This document shows positions 42,062 through 51,702 of a stretch of 64,000 nt of DNA, one piece after another; the stretch's first letter is position 1, and the number at the start of each line of letters is the position of its first letter. Location of the stretch: assembly GCA_965230295.1 (NCBI GenBank), contig OZ246001.1, positions 3,456,001 through 3,520,000 of the forward strand, written 5' to 3'. The notes beneath the pieces were generated by a model. The model was not told where the DNA came from and did not search any database. It saw nothing but the letters and a program-made list of their open reading frames with translations. The position numbers and the translations under genes were made by a program. Origin of the DNA: Marinicella sp. (GTDB lineage Bacteria > Pseudomonadota > Gammaproteobacteria > Xanthomonadales > Marinicellaceae).

Positions 42062-42085
42062 CTCATTCAACATATAATGTAAATC

Positions 42086-42409
42086 ATGAGCACGATTAAA
42101 AAAATATTTACAATCATGACAGTTTTGGTGCTGTTAATTGGTGCAGTTGCCATCAGCTCTCTGAATGCAGACTATGCTGCATTGAATTTGTATTGGTATC
42201 AACTTAATTTACCCATGGGTTTTATGTTGCTGCTGTTTGCTTCATTGGGTATGTTGGCTGGCTTGTTTTTGGGTTGGTTGTTTTGGACTTGGCCAGCAAG
42301 CAGGAAAAAAACTTACTGGGAAAGGGAGTACTTCAAATTAAAGCAACAAGAGCCTGTTGTCAAAGAAGCCAAAGAATCCGTCTCAACAGAAGTGGTTAAA
42401 ATTCCATGA
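42086..42409 (+). CDS. lapA: Lipopolysaccharide assembly protein A
   Basis: Small two-TM protein directly upstream of lapB. Confidence 0.75.
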   Translation: MSTIKKIFTIMTVLVLLIGAVAISSLNADYAALNLYWYQLNLPMGFMLLLFASLGMLAGLFLGWLFWTWPASRKKTYWEREYFKLKQQEPVVKEAKESVSTEVVKIP

Positions 42410-43587
42410 ACTCACAGTTTTTGTGGGTTTCACTGGCATTGTTGGCCGGCATACTGATGGGCATATATCTGGCTTATATTTTAAAGTCAGGCAAAACCAA
42501 GAGAACTTTTCAACAGTTAAACCACAGGTATTTTAAAGGTTTAAACTACTTATTAAATGATGAATCAGATAAGGCCATTGATGTCTTCATCCAGTTGGCT
42601 GAAACTTCACAAGAAACTTTTGAACCACAATTGGCTTTGGGAAATCTATACCGCAGAAAAGGTGAAGTTGATCGAGCCATCAAGTTACACCAGGCTTTGA
42701 TTGCACAAGCTGAATTGCCCGAACGATACCGTACCCGAGCTTTGCTGGCTATTGGTAAAGATTACATGAGTGCAGGTTTGCTTGACCGAGCCGAGGTCTT
42801 GTTTTCAGAATTGGTAGAAATTGAAGCCCATACGCCAGAGGCCTTACAATCCTTAGTGGAGATATATCAACAAGAACAAGATTGGCTTCAAGCAATTAAA
42901 TCTGCCAGCCGTTTTCAAAGTGCCACCAACCGCAACATGCAAACACCCATTGGTCATTATTATTGTGAATTGGCAGAATTGTCTTTGCAACAAGATGACA
43001 CTGAACCTGCAGAAAAATACCTGGCCTCTGCCTTGCGGGTCGATGAGAAGTCAGTTCGTGCACGGTTGATTTGTGCCAGGCTAAATCAAAAAAATAAACA
43101 GTGGCAAGCAGCCATAGATGAGTACCAGGCTGCAAAATCGGCTGATCCATCGTTCATTCCTTTGTTCATAAGTGACCTGGCTGACTGCTACATGGCTTTA
43201 AATAAAGGAGCTGAGTTAGAACAAGAATTGTTGGCCTGGATTGAATTTTATCAAGGGGTATCACCGGTGCTGACCTTGGCCAATTATTATGCACAGCATA
43301 ACAGTGAAGCATATGCGACTGAATTTCTGACCAAACAATTGCAAAATAGGGCATCCTTCAAAGGCTTGAATGCTTTGATAGAACTGAATGAAACGGAATT
43401 GAGCCAATTGGGTCATGATTTTGCTTATTTCAATGTGTTGAAAGACCTGATTGATAAACTGCTGAAAAACAAACCCAAATTAAGATGCAGGAAGTGTGGA
43501 TTTGGTGCCAAAGCCTTGCATTGGCAATGTCCCAGTTGTAAGAATTGGGGGGTGGTGAAGCCCATCTATGGACTTGAGTCTGAGTAA
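42406..43587 (+). CDS. lapB: Lipopolysaccharide assembly protein B
   Basis: YFKGLNYLL...DKAID, TPR repeats and C-terminal rubredoxin motif CRKCGF...WQCPSC. Confidence 0.95.
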   Translation: MNSQFLWVSLALLAGILMGIYLAYILKSGKTKRTFQQLNHRYFKGLNYLLNDESDKAIDVFIQLAETSQETFEPQLALGNLYRRKGEVDRAIKLHQALIAQAELPERYRTRALLAIGKDYMSAGLLDRAEVLFSELVEIEAHTPEALQSLVEIYQQEQDWLQAIKSASRFQSATNRNMQTPIGHYYCELAELSLQQDDTEPAEKYLASALRVDEKSVRARLICARLNQKNKQWQAAIDEYQAAKSADPSFIPLFISDLADCYMALNKGAELEQELLAWIEFYQGVSPVLTLANYYAQHNSEAYATEFLTKQLQNRASFKGLNALIELNETELSQLGHDFAYFNVLKDLIDKLLKNKPKLRCRKCGFGAKALHWQCPSCKNWGVVKPIYGLESE

Positions 43588-44536
43588 TTATTGGTTGGCC
43601 AGTGCAGTGACAGCCACAACGGTATTGTTGCTGTTGTGGTGGTATGCGTATTTCAGTAAACTGGCCGTTCTTGACCAACAAGATCAGCGCAGTATGCATC
43701 AGGGCCGGACAATAACCGGTGCTGGCATTTTGATGTTTATTCCATTCAGTTTAGGCGGGTTGGCACTTTACCCTTTATTCATTCCCTTATACATCATCAC
43801 TGCTTTGAGCGTCTTGGGTTTTGTTGATGATCGACATGAACTGTCGTTCCAATTGCGGTTGATGCTACAAGTAGCTGCTGCCCTGATCACTTTATACATC
43901 ATAGGTTTTGATGTTTCCTATGGAGTGCTGTTGTTTTTGGTACTGTGTTTGTTGTGGTGGGTCAATTTGTTTAATTTCATGGATGGAGCCAATGGCATGG
44001 CAGGCCTCCATGCTCTGGTGGCATTGGGCTTTTATGGTTGGATTTTCAACAGCCATTTCACCCATGAAAACGTATTTCATTATTTAACAGTAGCCGGGTT
44101 GTTGATTTTGTTGGTTTATTTGATTTTCAATTTATGGTTGAATAAACTTTTTATGGGAGATTCCGGCAGTTTACCTTTGGCATGGTTGATTGCAACAATG
44201 GCCTTATACAGCATGCATTATTCTTTGTTGACTCAAACACAAATTGCCACCCTTCATGCAGTTTTTATTGTGGATGCAACATGGACTCTTTTTAATCGAA
44301 TCAGGTTGGGTGAAAACATCACCAAAGCACATGCATCCCACCTCTACCAACGGCTCATTAAAAATGGTTTCACACATGTCAAGGTATCAATGATTTACGC
44401 GATGGCAACACTACTTTGCGTTGTGTTGGTTTGGTTTACCCTAACATCCAAAGTGGTTGTACAATATGCAGTCATGTTCTTGGTGTATATGTTTTTCACC
44501 TTAATCTTTATGAAATATTTAAACACTGGGCGGTAA
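43568..44536 (+). CDS. MraY/WecA family glycosyl-1-phosphate transferase (WbpL-like)
   Basis: RSMH, LGFVDD, NLFNFMDGANG, FMGDSGS and AHASHLYQ motifs. Confidence 0.88.
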   Translation: MDLSLSNYWLASAVTATTVLLLLWWYAYFSKLAVLDQQDQRSMHQGRTITGAGILMFIPFSLGGLALYPLFIPLYIITALSVLGFVDDRHELSFQLRLMLQVAAALITLYIIGFDVSYGVLLFLVLCLLWWVNLFNFMDGANGMAGLHALVALGFYGWIFNSHFTHENVFHYLTVAGLLILLVYLIFNLWLNKLFMGDSGSLPLAWLIATMALYSMHYSLLTQTQIATLHAVFIVDATWTLFNRIRLGENITKAHASHLYQRLIKNGFTHVKVSMIYAMATLLCVVLVWFTLTSKVVVQYAVMFLVYMFFTLIFMKYLNTGR

Positions 44537-44545
44537 GATTAATCC

Positions 44546-46441
44546 ATGAAAAATCGCATATTACATTTGAGGCTGGCTGTGGTGTTACATGATTTATTCA
44601 TGACTTGGTTGGCTTGGGTGTTGTGTTTCATGATTCGATACAGCATCTGGCCTGATGCTCCAGAAATACAGTATCCTGAGGTTCAATACTGGTCAGCAGT
44701 CATTTTATCTGTGATTTTGATACAAGGCATTATTTGCTTTGCATTTAATATGTACCGAGGGTTGTGGCGCTTTGCCAGTGTCCCTGACTTAATTAACTTG
44801 ATCAAATCAGCTTCTGTTGGCACCTTGGCCATAGCCTTGTTCTTTTTCCTCTTCAATCGTCTTGAGGGCATTCCAAGAAGTGTTCTATTGATGTATCCGG
44901 TTTTGCTGGTGTTGTTGTGGGGTGGGCCAAGAATTACTTACAGGATGTGGAAAGACAAATACTTCAATTTGGCTGACCGCAATAAACCCAGGGTGTTGCT
45001 GATTGGCGCTGGTCATATCGCCGATTTATTCATTCGCAATGCGGCCAGTAATCAATCATGTCATGTGATCAGCATCATTGATGACAGCAAGGCATTCAAA
45101 GGCACACAACTACGAGGCGTTAAAATCCAATCAGGCACTGAAAATGTAGCTCAAATAGTGCTGGATTACGCTGTCAATTTGGTTGTGATAGCCAAACAAA
45201 ATCCATCTGCAGCATTGATCAAGCAAGTGATTGATGAATTGGCAGATCTTGATGTCACTATTCGTGTTGCCCCTGATCCTGATGATTATGACAATCATTT
45301 AATCAACGTCAATCAATTGGAACCCATCACGGTAGAGGACTTGTTGGGTCGCGATAAAGTGGAATTGGATTGGCAAGCAGTGGCAGCATACATCAAAAAC
45401 AAATCGGTGTTGGTAACAGGTGGTGGAGGTTCAATTGGTTCAGAATTGTGCCGACAATTGGCTCGCATTGGTGTCAGTCAGTTGAGTATCATAGACCATT
45501 CAGAATATAACCTTTATGCCATTGATAAAGAGTTGAACAATGAACACACTTTGATCAATTCACACCTGGGAGATGTGACTAACCAGGCTCATTTGTATCA
45601 CATCTTCAAACAAACCAAACCAGATGTGGTGTTTCATGCTGCAGCTTATAAGCATGTCCCATTGTTAGAGAGCCATGCCAGTGAAGGATTTCTGAACAAT
45701 GTGGTGGGCACACAGAATGTTGCCGATTGTTGTGCTGATTTTAATGTCGAAAAAATGGTTTTAATCTCAACTGACAAAGCCGTGAATCCATACAGTGTGA
45801 TGGGAGCAACAAAACGTTTGGCTGAAAAATACTGTCAATTCAAAAACCAACGCAGTGACACTGAATACTTAACCGTCAGGTTTGGCAATGTTCTGGGTTC
45901 AGCGGGTTCAGTGGTACCTTTGTTTGAACAGCAAATTGCCCAAGGTGGACCAGTAACGGTCACTCACGAGAAAATGGAACGTTATTTCATGACCATAGAA
46001 GAGGCGTGTCAATTGATACTGCAAAGTTTAGTCTTGGGTAATGACAATGAAATTTTGGTATTGGACATGGGTCAACCCGTTAAAATAAAATCATTGGCTG
46101 AGCGAATGATTGCTTTGTCTGGAAAGAGCAAAGAAGTAAAAATCAGCTTCACTGGTTTACGCTCAGGCGAAAAATTGTATGAGGAGTTACATTATGACAT
46201 TGAAAATCTGGAAGCCACCAAGGTCAGCAAGATCAGTGCAGTTAAGAATGTCAGGTCTCAACAAGACCAACTTCCTCAGTTGATTTACCAAGGCCATCAA
46301 ATGGCCTTGAAATTTCATCAAGATAAAGTTAAAAAAATTCTGACTGAATTGGTGCCGGAATTCAAAGGTCATGAGTTAACACTGATACAACAAGATCAAA
46401 TTAAATCTTCTGAATCAAATTCAGGACGAAAAAAGGAATAA
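44546..46441 (+). CDS. Nucleoside-diphosphate sugar 4,6-dehydratase (WbpM/PglF/CapD family)
   Basis: N-terminal TMs, TGGGGSIGSEL, HAAAYKHVP, STDKAVNP..VMGATKR and RFGNVLGS motifs. Confidence 0.92.
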   Translation: MKNRILHLRLAVVLHDLFMTWLAWVLCFMIRYSIWPDAPEIQYPEVQYWSAVILSVILIQGIICFAFNMYRGLWRFASVPDLINLIKSASVGTLAIALFFFLFNRLEGIPRSVLLMYPVLLVLLWGGPRITYRMWKDKYFNLADRNKPRVLLIGAGHIADLFIRNAASNQSCHVISIIDDSKAFKGTQLRGVKIQSGTENVAQIVLDYAVNLVVIAKQNPSAALIKQVIDELADLDVTIRVAPDPDDYDNHLINVNQLEPITVEDLLGRDKVELDWQAVAAYIKNKSVLVTGGGGSIGSELCRQLARIGVSQLSIIDHSEYNLYAIDKELNNEHTLINSHLGDVTNQAHLYHIFKQTKPDVVFHAAAYKHVPLLESHASEGFLNNVVGTQNVADCCADFNVEKMVLISTDKAVNPYSVMGATKRLAEKYCQFKNQRSDTEYLTVRFGNVLGSAGSVVPLFEQQIAQGGPVTVTHEKMERYFMTIEEACQLILQSLVLGNDNEILVLDMGQPVKIKSLAERMIALSGKSKEVKISFTGLRSGEKLYEELHYDIENLEATKVSKISAVKNVRSQQDQLPQLIYQGHQMALKFHQDKVKKILTELVPEFKGHELTLIQQDQIKSSESNSGRKKE

Positions 46442-46442
46442 C

Positions 46443-47309
46443 ATGAAGAAAATAACCAAAGCGGTCTTTCCTGTTGGCGGAATGGGAACCCGATTTTTAC
46501 CTGCCACTAAATCCATACCAAAAGAGTTGTTACCCATCATTGATAAACCACTGATTCAATATGCCGTTGAAGAAGCCATTGAGGCTGGTATTGAAACTTT
46601 GATTTTCATCACCAGCGCTTCCAAGCATGCCATCAGTGATCATTTTGACCCCATGCCGGACTTAAGAGCCAAATTCATGGCCCAAAACAAAAGTCATTTG
46701 GTGAACAAGCTTGATACTTTGCCGTTAGAAATTAAACGCGTTTTCATCCCACAGGGTCAGCCTCTGGGACTGGGGCATGCGGTTTTACAAGCTGAGCCTA
46801 TGATTGAGGATGATGAAATGTTTACAGTGATTCTGGCTGATGATTTTATTCAAGCTGTTGACAACCCGTTAAGTCAGTTGATCAACGCGGCTCAAGACAA
46901 TGGCAAAGCCACCATCAGTGTTGAAGCTGTTCCGGAAGAACGCATTTCCAGTTATGGTGTGATTGAACCTGAAAACTGGGAAGGGGACTTGACGGCTGTT
47001 TGTGACATTGTAGAAAAACCAAGTTCGGCAACGGCACCATCGAACTTTGGTGTAATTGGCCGTTATGTGTTGCCTCAATCTGTGTTTGCTGTTTTGAAAG
47101 AAACTCAAATGGACAAGAATCAAGAAATTCAACTGACTGATGCATTGAAAGAATTGATTCAAATCAATGGCCTACAAGCCGTCCAGTTAAAAGGGCAAAG
47201 GTTTGACTGTGGTAGTCAGGAAGGGTTTGTGATGGCCAATTTACATGTGGCCATGAAAAACCCTGAACTCAAATCACAAATTGTTGATTATTTATCTAGG
47301 GCCTGTTAA
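46443..47309 (+). CDS. galU: UTP-glucose-1-phosphate uridylyltransferase
   Basis: GMGTRFLPATK..PKE, LGLGHAV, VEKP and EIQLTDA motifs. Confidence 0.95.
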   Translation: MKKITKAVFPVGGMGTRFLPATKSIPKELLPIIDKPLIQYAVEEAIEAGIETLIFITSASKHAISDHFDPMPDLRAKFMAQNKSHLVNKLDTLPLEIKRVFIPQGQPLGLGHAVLQAEPMIEDDEMFTVILADDFIQAVDNPLSQLINAAQDNGKATISVEAVPEERISSYGVIEPENWEGDLTAVCDIVEKPSSATAPSNFGVIGRYVLPQSVFAVLKETQMDKNQEIQLTDALKELIQINGLQAVQLKGQRFDCGSQEGFVMANLHVAMKNPELKSQIVDYLSRAC

Positions 47310-47394
47310 CACTCTATGAATGGCAACTGCTGAAACCATATTTTTCAGCGAACAACACACCCTGCGTTGCTCATCACTTAGTGTTAACAGGCCC
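47299..47394. mobile_element. 96-bp MITE with 15-bp perfect terminal inverted repeats and TA target duplication
   Basis: TA|GGGCCTGTTAACACT...AGTGTTAACAGGCCC|TA. Confidence 0.9.
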
Positions 47395-47784
47395 TAATTG
47401 AGCGTGATCAAAGGCTTCAGGTAGCATTTGATTCAGGGTTTTGACCATAAACTCACCTTGTTTGATTTCCAGATGGATTCGGGTATCGGCATTTCCATGT
47501 TCAAAAATGATTTGGCGACAGGCACCACAAGGCGGACATGTTTGTCCCGCTTTACCAATGATCAGGATGTCTTTGATGGTTTTTCCGCCATTGACGATCA
47601 TCTGTGCCACTGCAGACTGTTCTGCACAACAACCGATTGGGTAAGCCGCATTTTCAACGTTGCAGCCACTGTGAATTTGACCATTTTCATCGCATATGGC
47701 TGCACCCACATAAAACTTAGAATAGGGTGCATAAGCCTTTTCTTGTGCTTTCTTGGCATGTTTATAAAGTAATTCAGGATTCAT
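47374..47784 (-). CDS. cdd: Cytidine deaminase (homotetrameric type)
   Basis: AYAPYSKF.VGAA, NVENAAY, CAE and PCGACRQ motifs. Confidence 0.95.
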   Translation of the reverse strand: MNPELLYKHAKKAQEKAYAPYSKFYVGAAICDENGQIHSGCNVENAAYPIGCCAEQSAVAQMIVNGGKTIKDILIIGKAGQTCPPCGACRQIIFEHGNADTRIHLEIKQGEFMVKTLNQMLPEAFDHAQLGPVNTK

Positions 47785-47804
47785 GGTGAAGGATGCTCAT
47801 TGAT

Positions 47805-48341
47805 TTATGAAGGTAAGTAATAAATTTCAGGCAAATGTCTGAGTTTTTCTTCAAGATCCATACCATAACCAAAGATGTAGTGATCAGGAATGCTCAGAGC
47901 CACATAATCAGGTTTGTAGTCAGCATAGGTGCGGTCATGTTCCTTGTGGATCAAAACCACTGATGTGGCAGATAAGGCCCCTTTCGACAAACACCAGGCA
48001 TGGGCTGCCGCTAAAGTATGGCCTTCATCATAAATGTCATCACATAATATGACGTGGTGATTATTCATGTTGATCTCTGGTTGATATTTCCAAACCAACT
48101 GGCCACCTGTTTGACTCTTACCATACCGAGACAGCTGTAAATAATCCATTTCCATGTCTAAATTAAGTCTGGTTGCCAAAGCAGAAGCAAAGATCATACC
48201 GCCATTCATGATGGTTAAGAAGGCCACCTCTTTACCATCAAAATCTTTGTTAATGCGCTCAGCCAAGGCATCAATGGCTTGGTTAATATTGGTTTCGTCG
48301 ATCAACACTTTGCTGTTCGGAGGTAATATTTTCTTATACAT
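47805..48341 (-). CDS. hpt: Hypoxanthine-guanine phosphoribosyltransferase
   Basis: ILCDDIYDEGHTL PRPP-binding loop and YIFGYGMD. Confidence 0.9.
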   Translation of the reverse strand: MYKKILPPNSKVLIDETNINQAIDALAERINKDFDGKEVAFLTIMNGGMIFASALATRLNLDMEMDYLQLSRYGKSQTGGQLVWKYQPEINMNNHHVILCDDIYDEGHTLAAAHAWCLSKGALSATSVVLIHKEHDRTYADYKPDYVALSIPDHYIFGYGMDLEEKLRHLPEIYYLPS

Positions 48342-48505
48342 GGGGTTTCTTGTTTCTCACTTGATTGAAAGTTGATAGAATGTTGCTTTCGTTAAAATGA
48401 TTTTTAAAACAGAAAAGTCTTGTGATCATTGTGGCTTGGTAAATAATATCCTGACTGAAATTTTTCAAATGACCTATAGGTTTTACCAGAATTATTCAAC
48501 CGATC

Positions 48506-48519
48506 TTGATGCATATCAC
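48506..48519. promoter_or_regulatory. Candidate FNR-like box upstream of the peroxiredoxin fusion
   Basis: TTGAT-GCAT-ATCAC, a 9/10 match to TTGAT-N4-ATCAA. Confidence 0.45.
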
Positions 48520-48589
48520 ATGAGAATCAGACTTTCACATCATTTTCTCACAGCTTCATATGTTGTCCCAATTTTTTTAGGAGAATCTA

Positions 48590-49519
48590 ATGTTAAAAAA
48601 AACCACTGCCGTGCTTGTCTTTTCTTTGATTAATTTTATGGCCATTGCCGATAGTATGCAAGGTCAGCCGGCACCAACTTTTAGTTTAGAAGACCAATCA
48701 GGCAAAATGCACCAGTTGAGTGATTATCAAGATCAATGGTTGGTGGTCTATTTTTATCCGAAGAATGACACCACTGGATGTACCATTGAAGCCAAGGCAT
48801 TCAGAGACAACTATGCAACCATCAAGAAACTGAATGCCGATGTTTTAGGCGTTTCTTTAGATGATGCAGAGTCACACCGCGCTTTTATCAGTAAATACGA
48901 TTTGCCATTTAATTTGTTGGTTGATGCCAATAAACAAATGTCTCGTGATTATGGCGTAGATGGTGGCATGGCACTGTTCAGTTATGCCAAAAGACAAACA
49001 TTCATCATCAACCCTGATGGACAGATCGCCAAGCATTTTGAAAAAGTAGACCCCAACACCCATGCAGCAGAAGTGATCGGTGCATTGAAAAACTTACAGT
49101 CTGAAATCAAACCACAATTGTCAAAAGTTACTGAAGTGATTGATGGTAACTCTGTGTACGGTGAACAATGGCCAACCAAAGAATATGCAACTATCAGCAT
49201 TTCAGAAGCCTTGGCGTCACCTGAAAAATATGTCAATCAAACCAATGTGATTTCTGGCAGGGTGACCCAAGTGTGCCAAAAAAAAGGTTGTTGGATGATC
49301 TTGGCTGATGGAGATGCATTTGTACGTGTTGATTTCAATGACCACGCTTTTTATGTCCCAATGAACAGCCAGGGTGAATCATTGGTTTTTGGACGCTTGG
49401 TTGAAAAAACTTTAACCCCTGAACAAATTGCTCATTATGAAGCTGAGGGTGCAAAGAACCTTAAAAACAAAAAGTATGAACTGGTGGCAGATGCCGTACA
49501 AATGATCAGCAAAAGTTAA
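48590..49519 (+). CDS. Exported BCP/PrxQ peroxiredoxin fused to a DUF4920-like domain
   Basis: Signal peptide; FYPKNDTTGCT (PxxxTxxC) and RQTFII; C-terminal domain with GRVTQVCQKKGCWM and F.DHAFYVP. Confidence 0.85.
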   Translation: MLKKTTAVLVFSLINFMAIADSMQGQPAPTFSLEDQSGKMHQLSDYQDQWLVVYFYPKNDTTGCTIEAKAFRDNYATIKKLNADVLGVSLDDAESHRAFISKYDLPFNLLVDANKQMSRDYGVDGGMALFSYAKRQTFIINPDGQIAKHFEKVDPNTHAAEVIGALKNLQSEIKPQLSKVTEVIDGNSVYGEQWPTKEYATISISEALASPEKYVNQTNVISGRVTQVCQKKGCWMILADGDAFVRVDFNDHAFYVPMNSQGESLVFGRLVEKTLTPEQIAHYEAEGAKNLKNKKYELVADAVQMISKS

Positions 49520-49539
49520 CCTAGATAAAGGAGTTTGGT

Positions 49540-50919
49540 GTGGAAGGTGTGATTGGAATTTTGTTGTCACTGGGTTTGCTGATGTATTTGGCATACCGTG
49601 GCATCAGTGTGATTATCCTGGCGCCGGTCTTGGCCATGTTGGCGGTGGTTGTTGCTGGCGAGGGTGGTCAAATGCTTGGCATATATACCCAGATTTTCAT
49701 GGTTAAAATGGGATCATTTGCGGTTAAATATTTCCCTATATTTTTATTGGGCGCTATTTTTGGTAAATTGATGGAAGATTCTGGATCTGCCAAAGTCATC
49801 GCCAAATCCATCATCCAGTCCATAGGTATCAAGCATGCCAGTTTGGCCATTGTTTTGGCCTGTGGGTTATTGACCTATGGAGGTGTTTCTGCCTTTGTGG
49901 TTGCTTTTGCTGTCTACCCATTGGCAGCCGCCTTGTTCAGAGAAGCAGACTTACCTAAACGTTTCATCCCGGCGACCATTGCGTTGGGGGCATTCACCTT
50001 CACCATGACCTGTTTGCCGGGCACATCTCAAATCCACAACATCATACCAGTCAGTTACTTTGGTACTGACATGTACGCAGCTCCATTGATTGGGATTGCA
50101 GCCGGCATATGTATGATGTTAGGTGGCTTGTGGTGGATCAACCGCCGCATCAACAACTCAAGTGCAGAAGGTTACGGCGAAAACCACAGCAATGAACCCA
50201 TTGCTTTTGAAGAACATCACTTGCCACATTTGTTGGTGGCATTGATGCCCATAGTCATGGTGGTGTTGGCCAACTTTCTGTTACAAAAAGTAATGATTCC
50301 CACCTGGGATACCGCTTATTTGGCAGAAGATAAATTTGGTAACATGGATGTGGGTAAGCTGAAATCAATCTGGTCAATGATCATGGCATTGATTTTAGCC
50401 ATCATCACTGTAGTGGCTTTGAATTGGAAAAAATTCAAGGATGTCAATGGTAGCATGACCAAAGGAGCCATGGGGTCCATGTTGCCGACATTCAACACGG
50501 CTTCAGAAGTGGGTTACGGTGGCACCATTGCTTCCTTAGGGGCTTTTCTGATCGTAAAAGAAGCTGTGATTAATATATCACCGGAAAACCCACTCATCTC
50601 TGAAGTGGTTGCGGTTAATGTATTGGCTGGTATCACAGGATCTGCTTCTGGTGGATTGACCATTGCACTGGAGGCATTGGGCAGTACCTATGCTCAATTG
50701 GCTGAACAATTCAGTATCAACCCTGAATGGATGCACAGACTGGCTTCAATGGCTTCAGGTGGCTTTGATTCTCTTCCACACAATGGAGCGGTCATCACCT
50801 TGTTGACCATTTGTGGTTTGTCCCACAAGCAATCTTATAAGGACATTTTTATGGTATCTTTAGCGATTCCAGTGACCGTAACAGCCATAACGGTTGGCAT
50901 ATTAAGCTTACTCATGTAG
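49540..50919 (+). CDS. GntP family permease
   Basis: LLGAIFGKLM, TYGGVS, PGTSQIHN, GITGSASGG and LPHNG motifs; GTG start after AGGAG. Confidence 0.9.
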   Translation: MEGVIGILLSLGLLMYLAYRGISVIILAPVLAMLAVVVAGEGGQMLGIYTQIFMVKMGSFAVKYFPIFLLGAIFGKLMEDSGSAKVIAKSIIQSIGIKHASLAIVLACGLLTYGGVSAFVVAFAVYPLAAALFREADLPKRFIPATIALGAFTFTMTCLPGTSQIHNIIPVSYFGTDMYAAPLIGIAAGICMMLGGLWWINRRINNSSAEGYGENHSNEPIAFEEHHLPHLLVALMPIVMVVLANFLLQKVMIPTWDTAYLAEDKFGNMDVGKLKSIWSMIMALILAIITVVALNWKKFKDVNGSMTKGAMGSMLPTFNTASEVGYGGTIASLGAFLIVKEAVINISPENPLISEVVAVNVLAGITGSASGGLTIALEALGSTYAQLAEQFSINPEWMHRLASMASGGFDSLPHNGAVITLLTICGLSHKQSYKDIFMVSLAIPVTVTAITVGILSLLM

Positions 50920-50943
50920 TTCAATGAAAAAGGCACAGTAGCT

Positions 50944-51702
50944 ATGAAATTAAGCCCAGAAGAAGTACAACAGTTTATGTCAGAAGGATTCTTGGTGTTT
51001 CGGCAATTGATCGATATGGAACTGTTGAATGAAATCAGAACCCAGACTAAAAATCATTTAAGCTTGCGTTTACCGCCATTTGAATTGGAAGCAGAATTAG
51101 GGTACCCCAAAGCACCACAGTCTGTTGATGCGGAGGGCGGTGAGACCATCAGAAGGTTGCTTTTGGCTTTCAGCCGTGATTCATCTTATCGGGAGTGGGG
51201 AAAGAACAGGGTGGTTAAGTCTATTTTGCAGCAGTTGTTCGACTCCGAGAAAATATACTTGGTCCAATCGCACCACAATTGCATCATGACTAAACAACCG
51301 GATTATTCCAGTAAAACCATGTGGCATCGTGATGTCAGGTATTGGAAATTTGCAACGGCTGAACTGATCAATTCATGGTTAGCAATGGGTTCTGAAGTGA
51401 ATGAAAATGGTTGTTTGAAAGTGATTCCAGGTTCTCATCATTGGGAATTAGAAGAAGGTATGGTCGATGATGAATTGTTCTTGAATGTGAATCATGAAAA
51501 ATCAAAACAGTGGGTTGATCAATCTGTTGATGTCCAGTTGAATGCCGGTGATGTTTTATTCTTTCATGCTGGCATTTTCCATGCAGCCAACCATAACCGC
51601 TCTGAACAAGCTAAATTTTCCCTGGTCTATTCGTATCATGGAGAAAAAAACCACCCTCTTAATGATTCAAAATCAACAACATACGAAGAAATTTTAATCT
51701 AA
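50944..51702 (+). CDS. Phytanoyl-CoA dioxygenase (PhyH) family Fe(II)/2OG oxygenase
   Basis: WHRD (HxD), NGCLKVIPGSH and GDVLFFH...FH motifs. Confidence 0.88.
   Translation: MKLSPEEVQQFMSEGFLVFRQLIDMELLNEIRTQTKNHLSLRLPPFELEAELGYPKAPQSVDAEGGETIRRLLLAFSRDSSYREWGKNRVVKSILQQLFDSEKIYLVQSHHNCIMTKQPDYSSKTMWHRDVRYWKFATAELINSWLAMGSEVNENGCLKVIPGSHHWELEEGMVDDELFLNVNHEKSKQWVDQSVDVQLNAGDVLFFHAGIFHAANHNRSEQAKFSLVYSYHGEKNHPLNDSKSTTYEEILI

Noticed and set aside
48397-48633. 78-aa ORF and a Fur-like ATGAGAATCA sequence in the hpt-peroxiredoxin gap
   Set aside because: The ORF overlaps promoter sequence and the peroxiredoxin start, and the Fur match covers only half a box.
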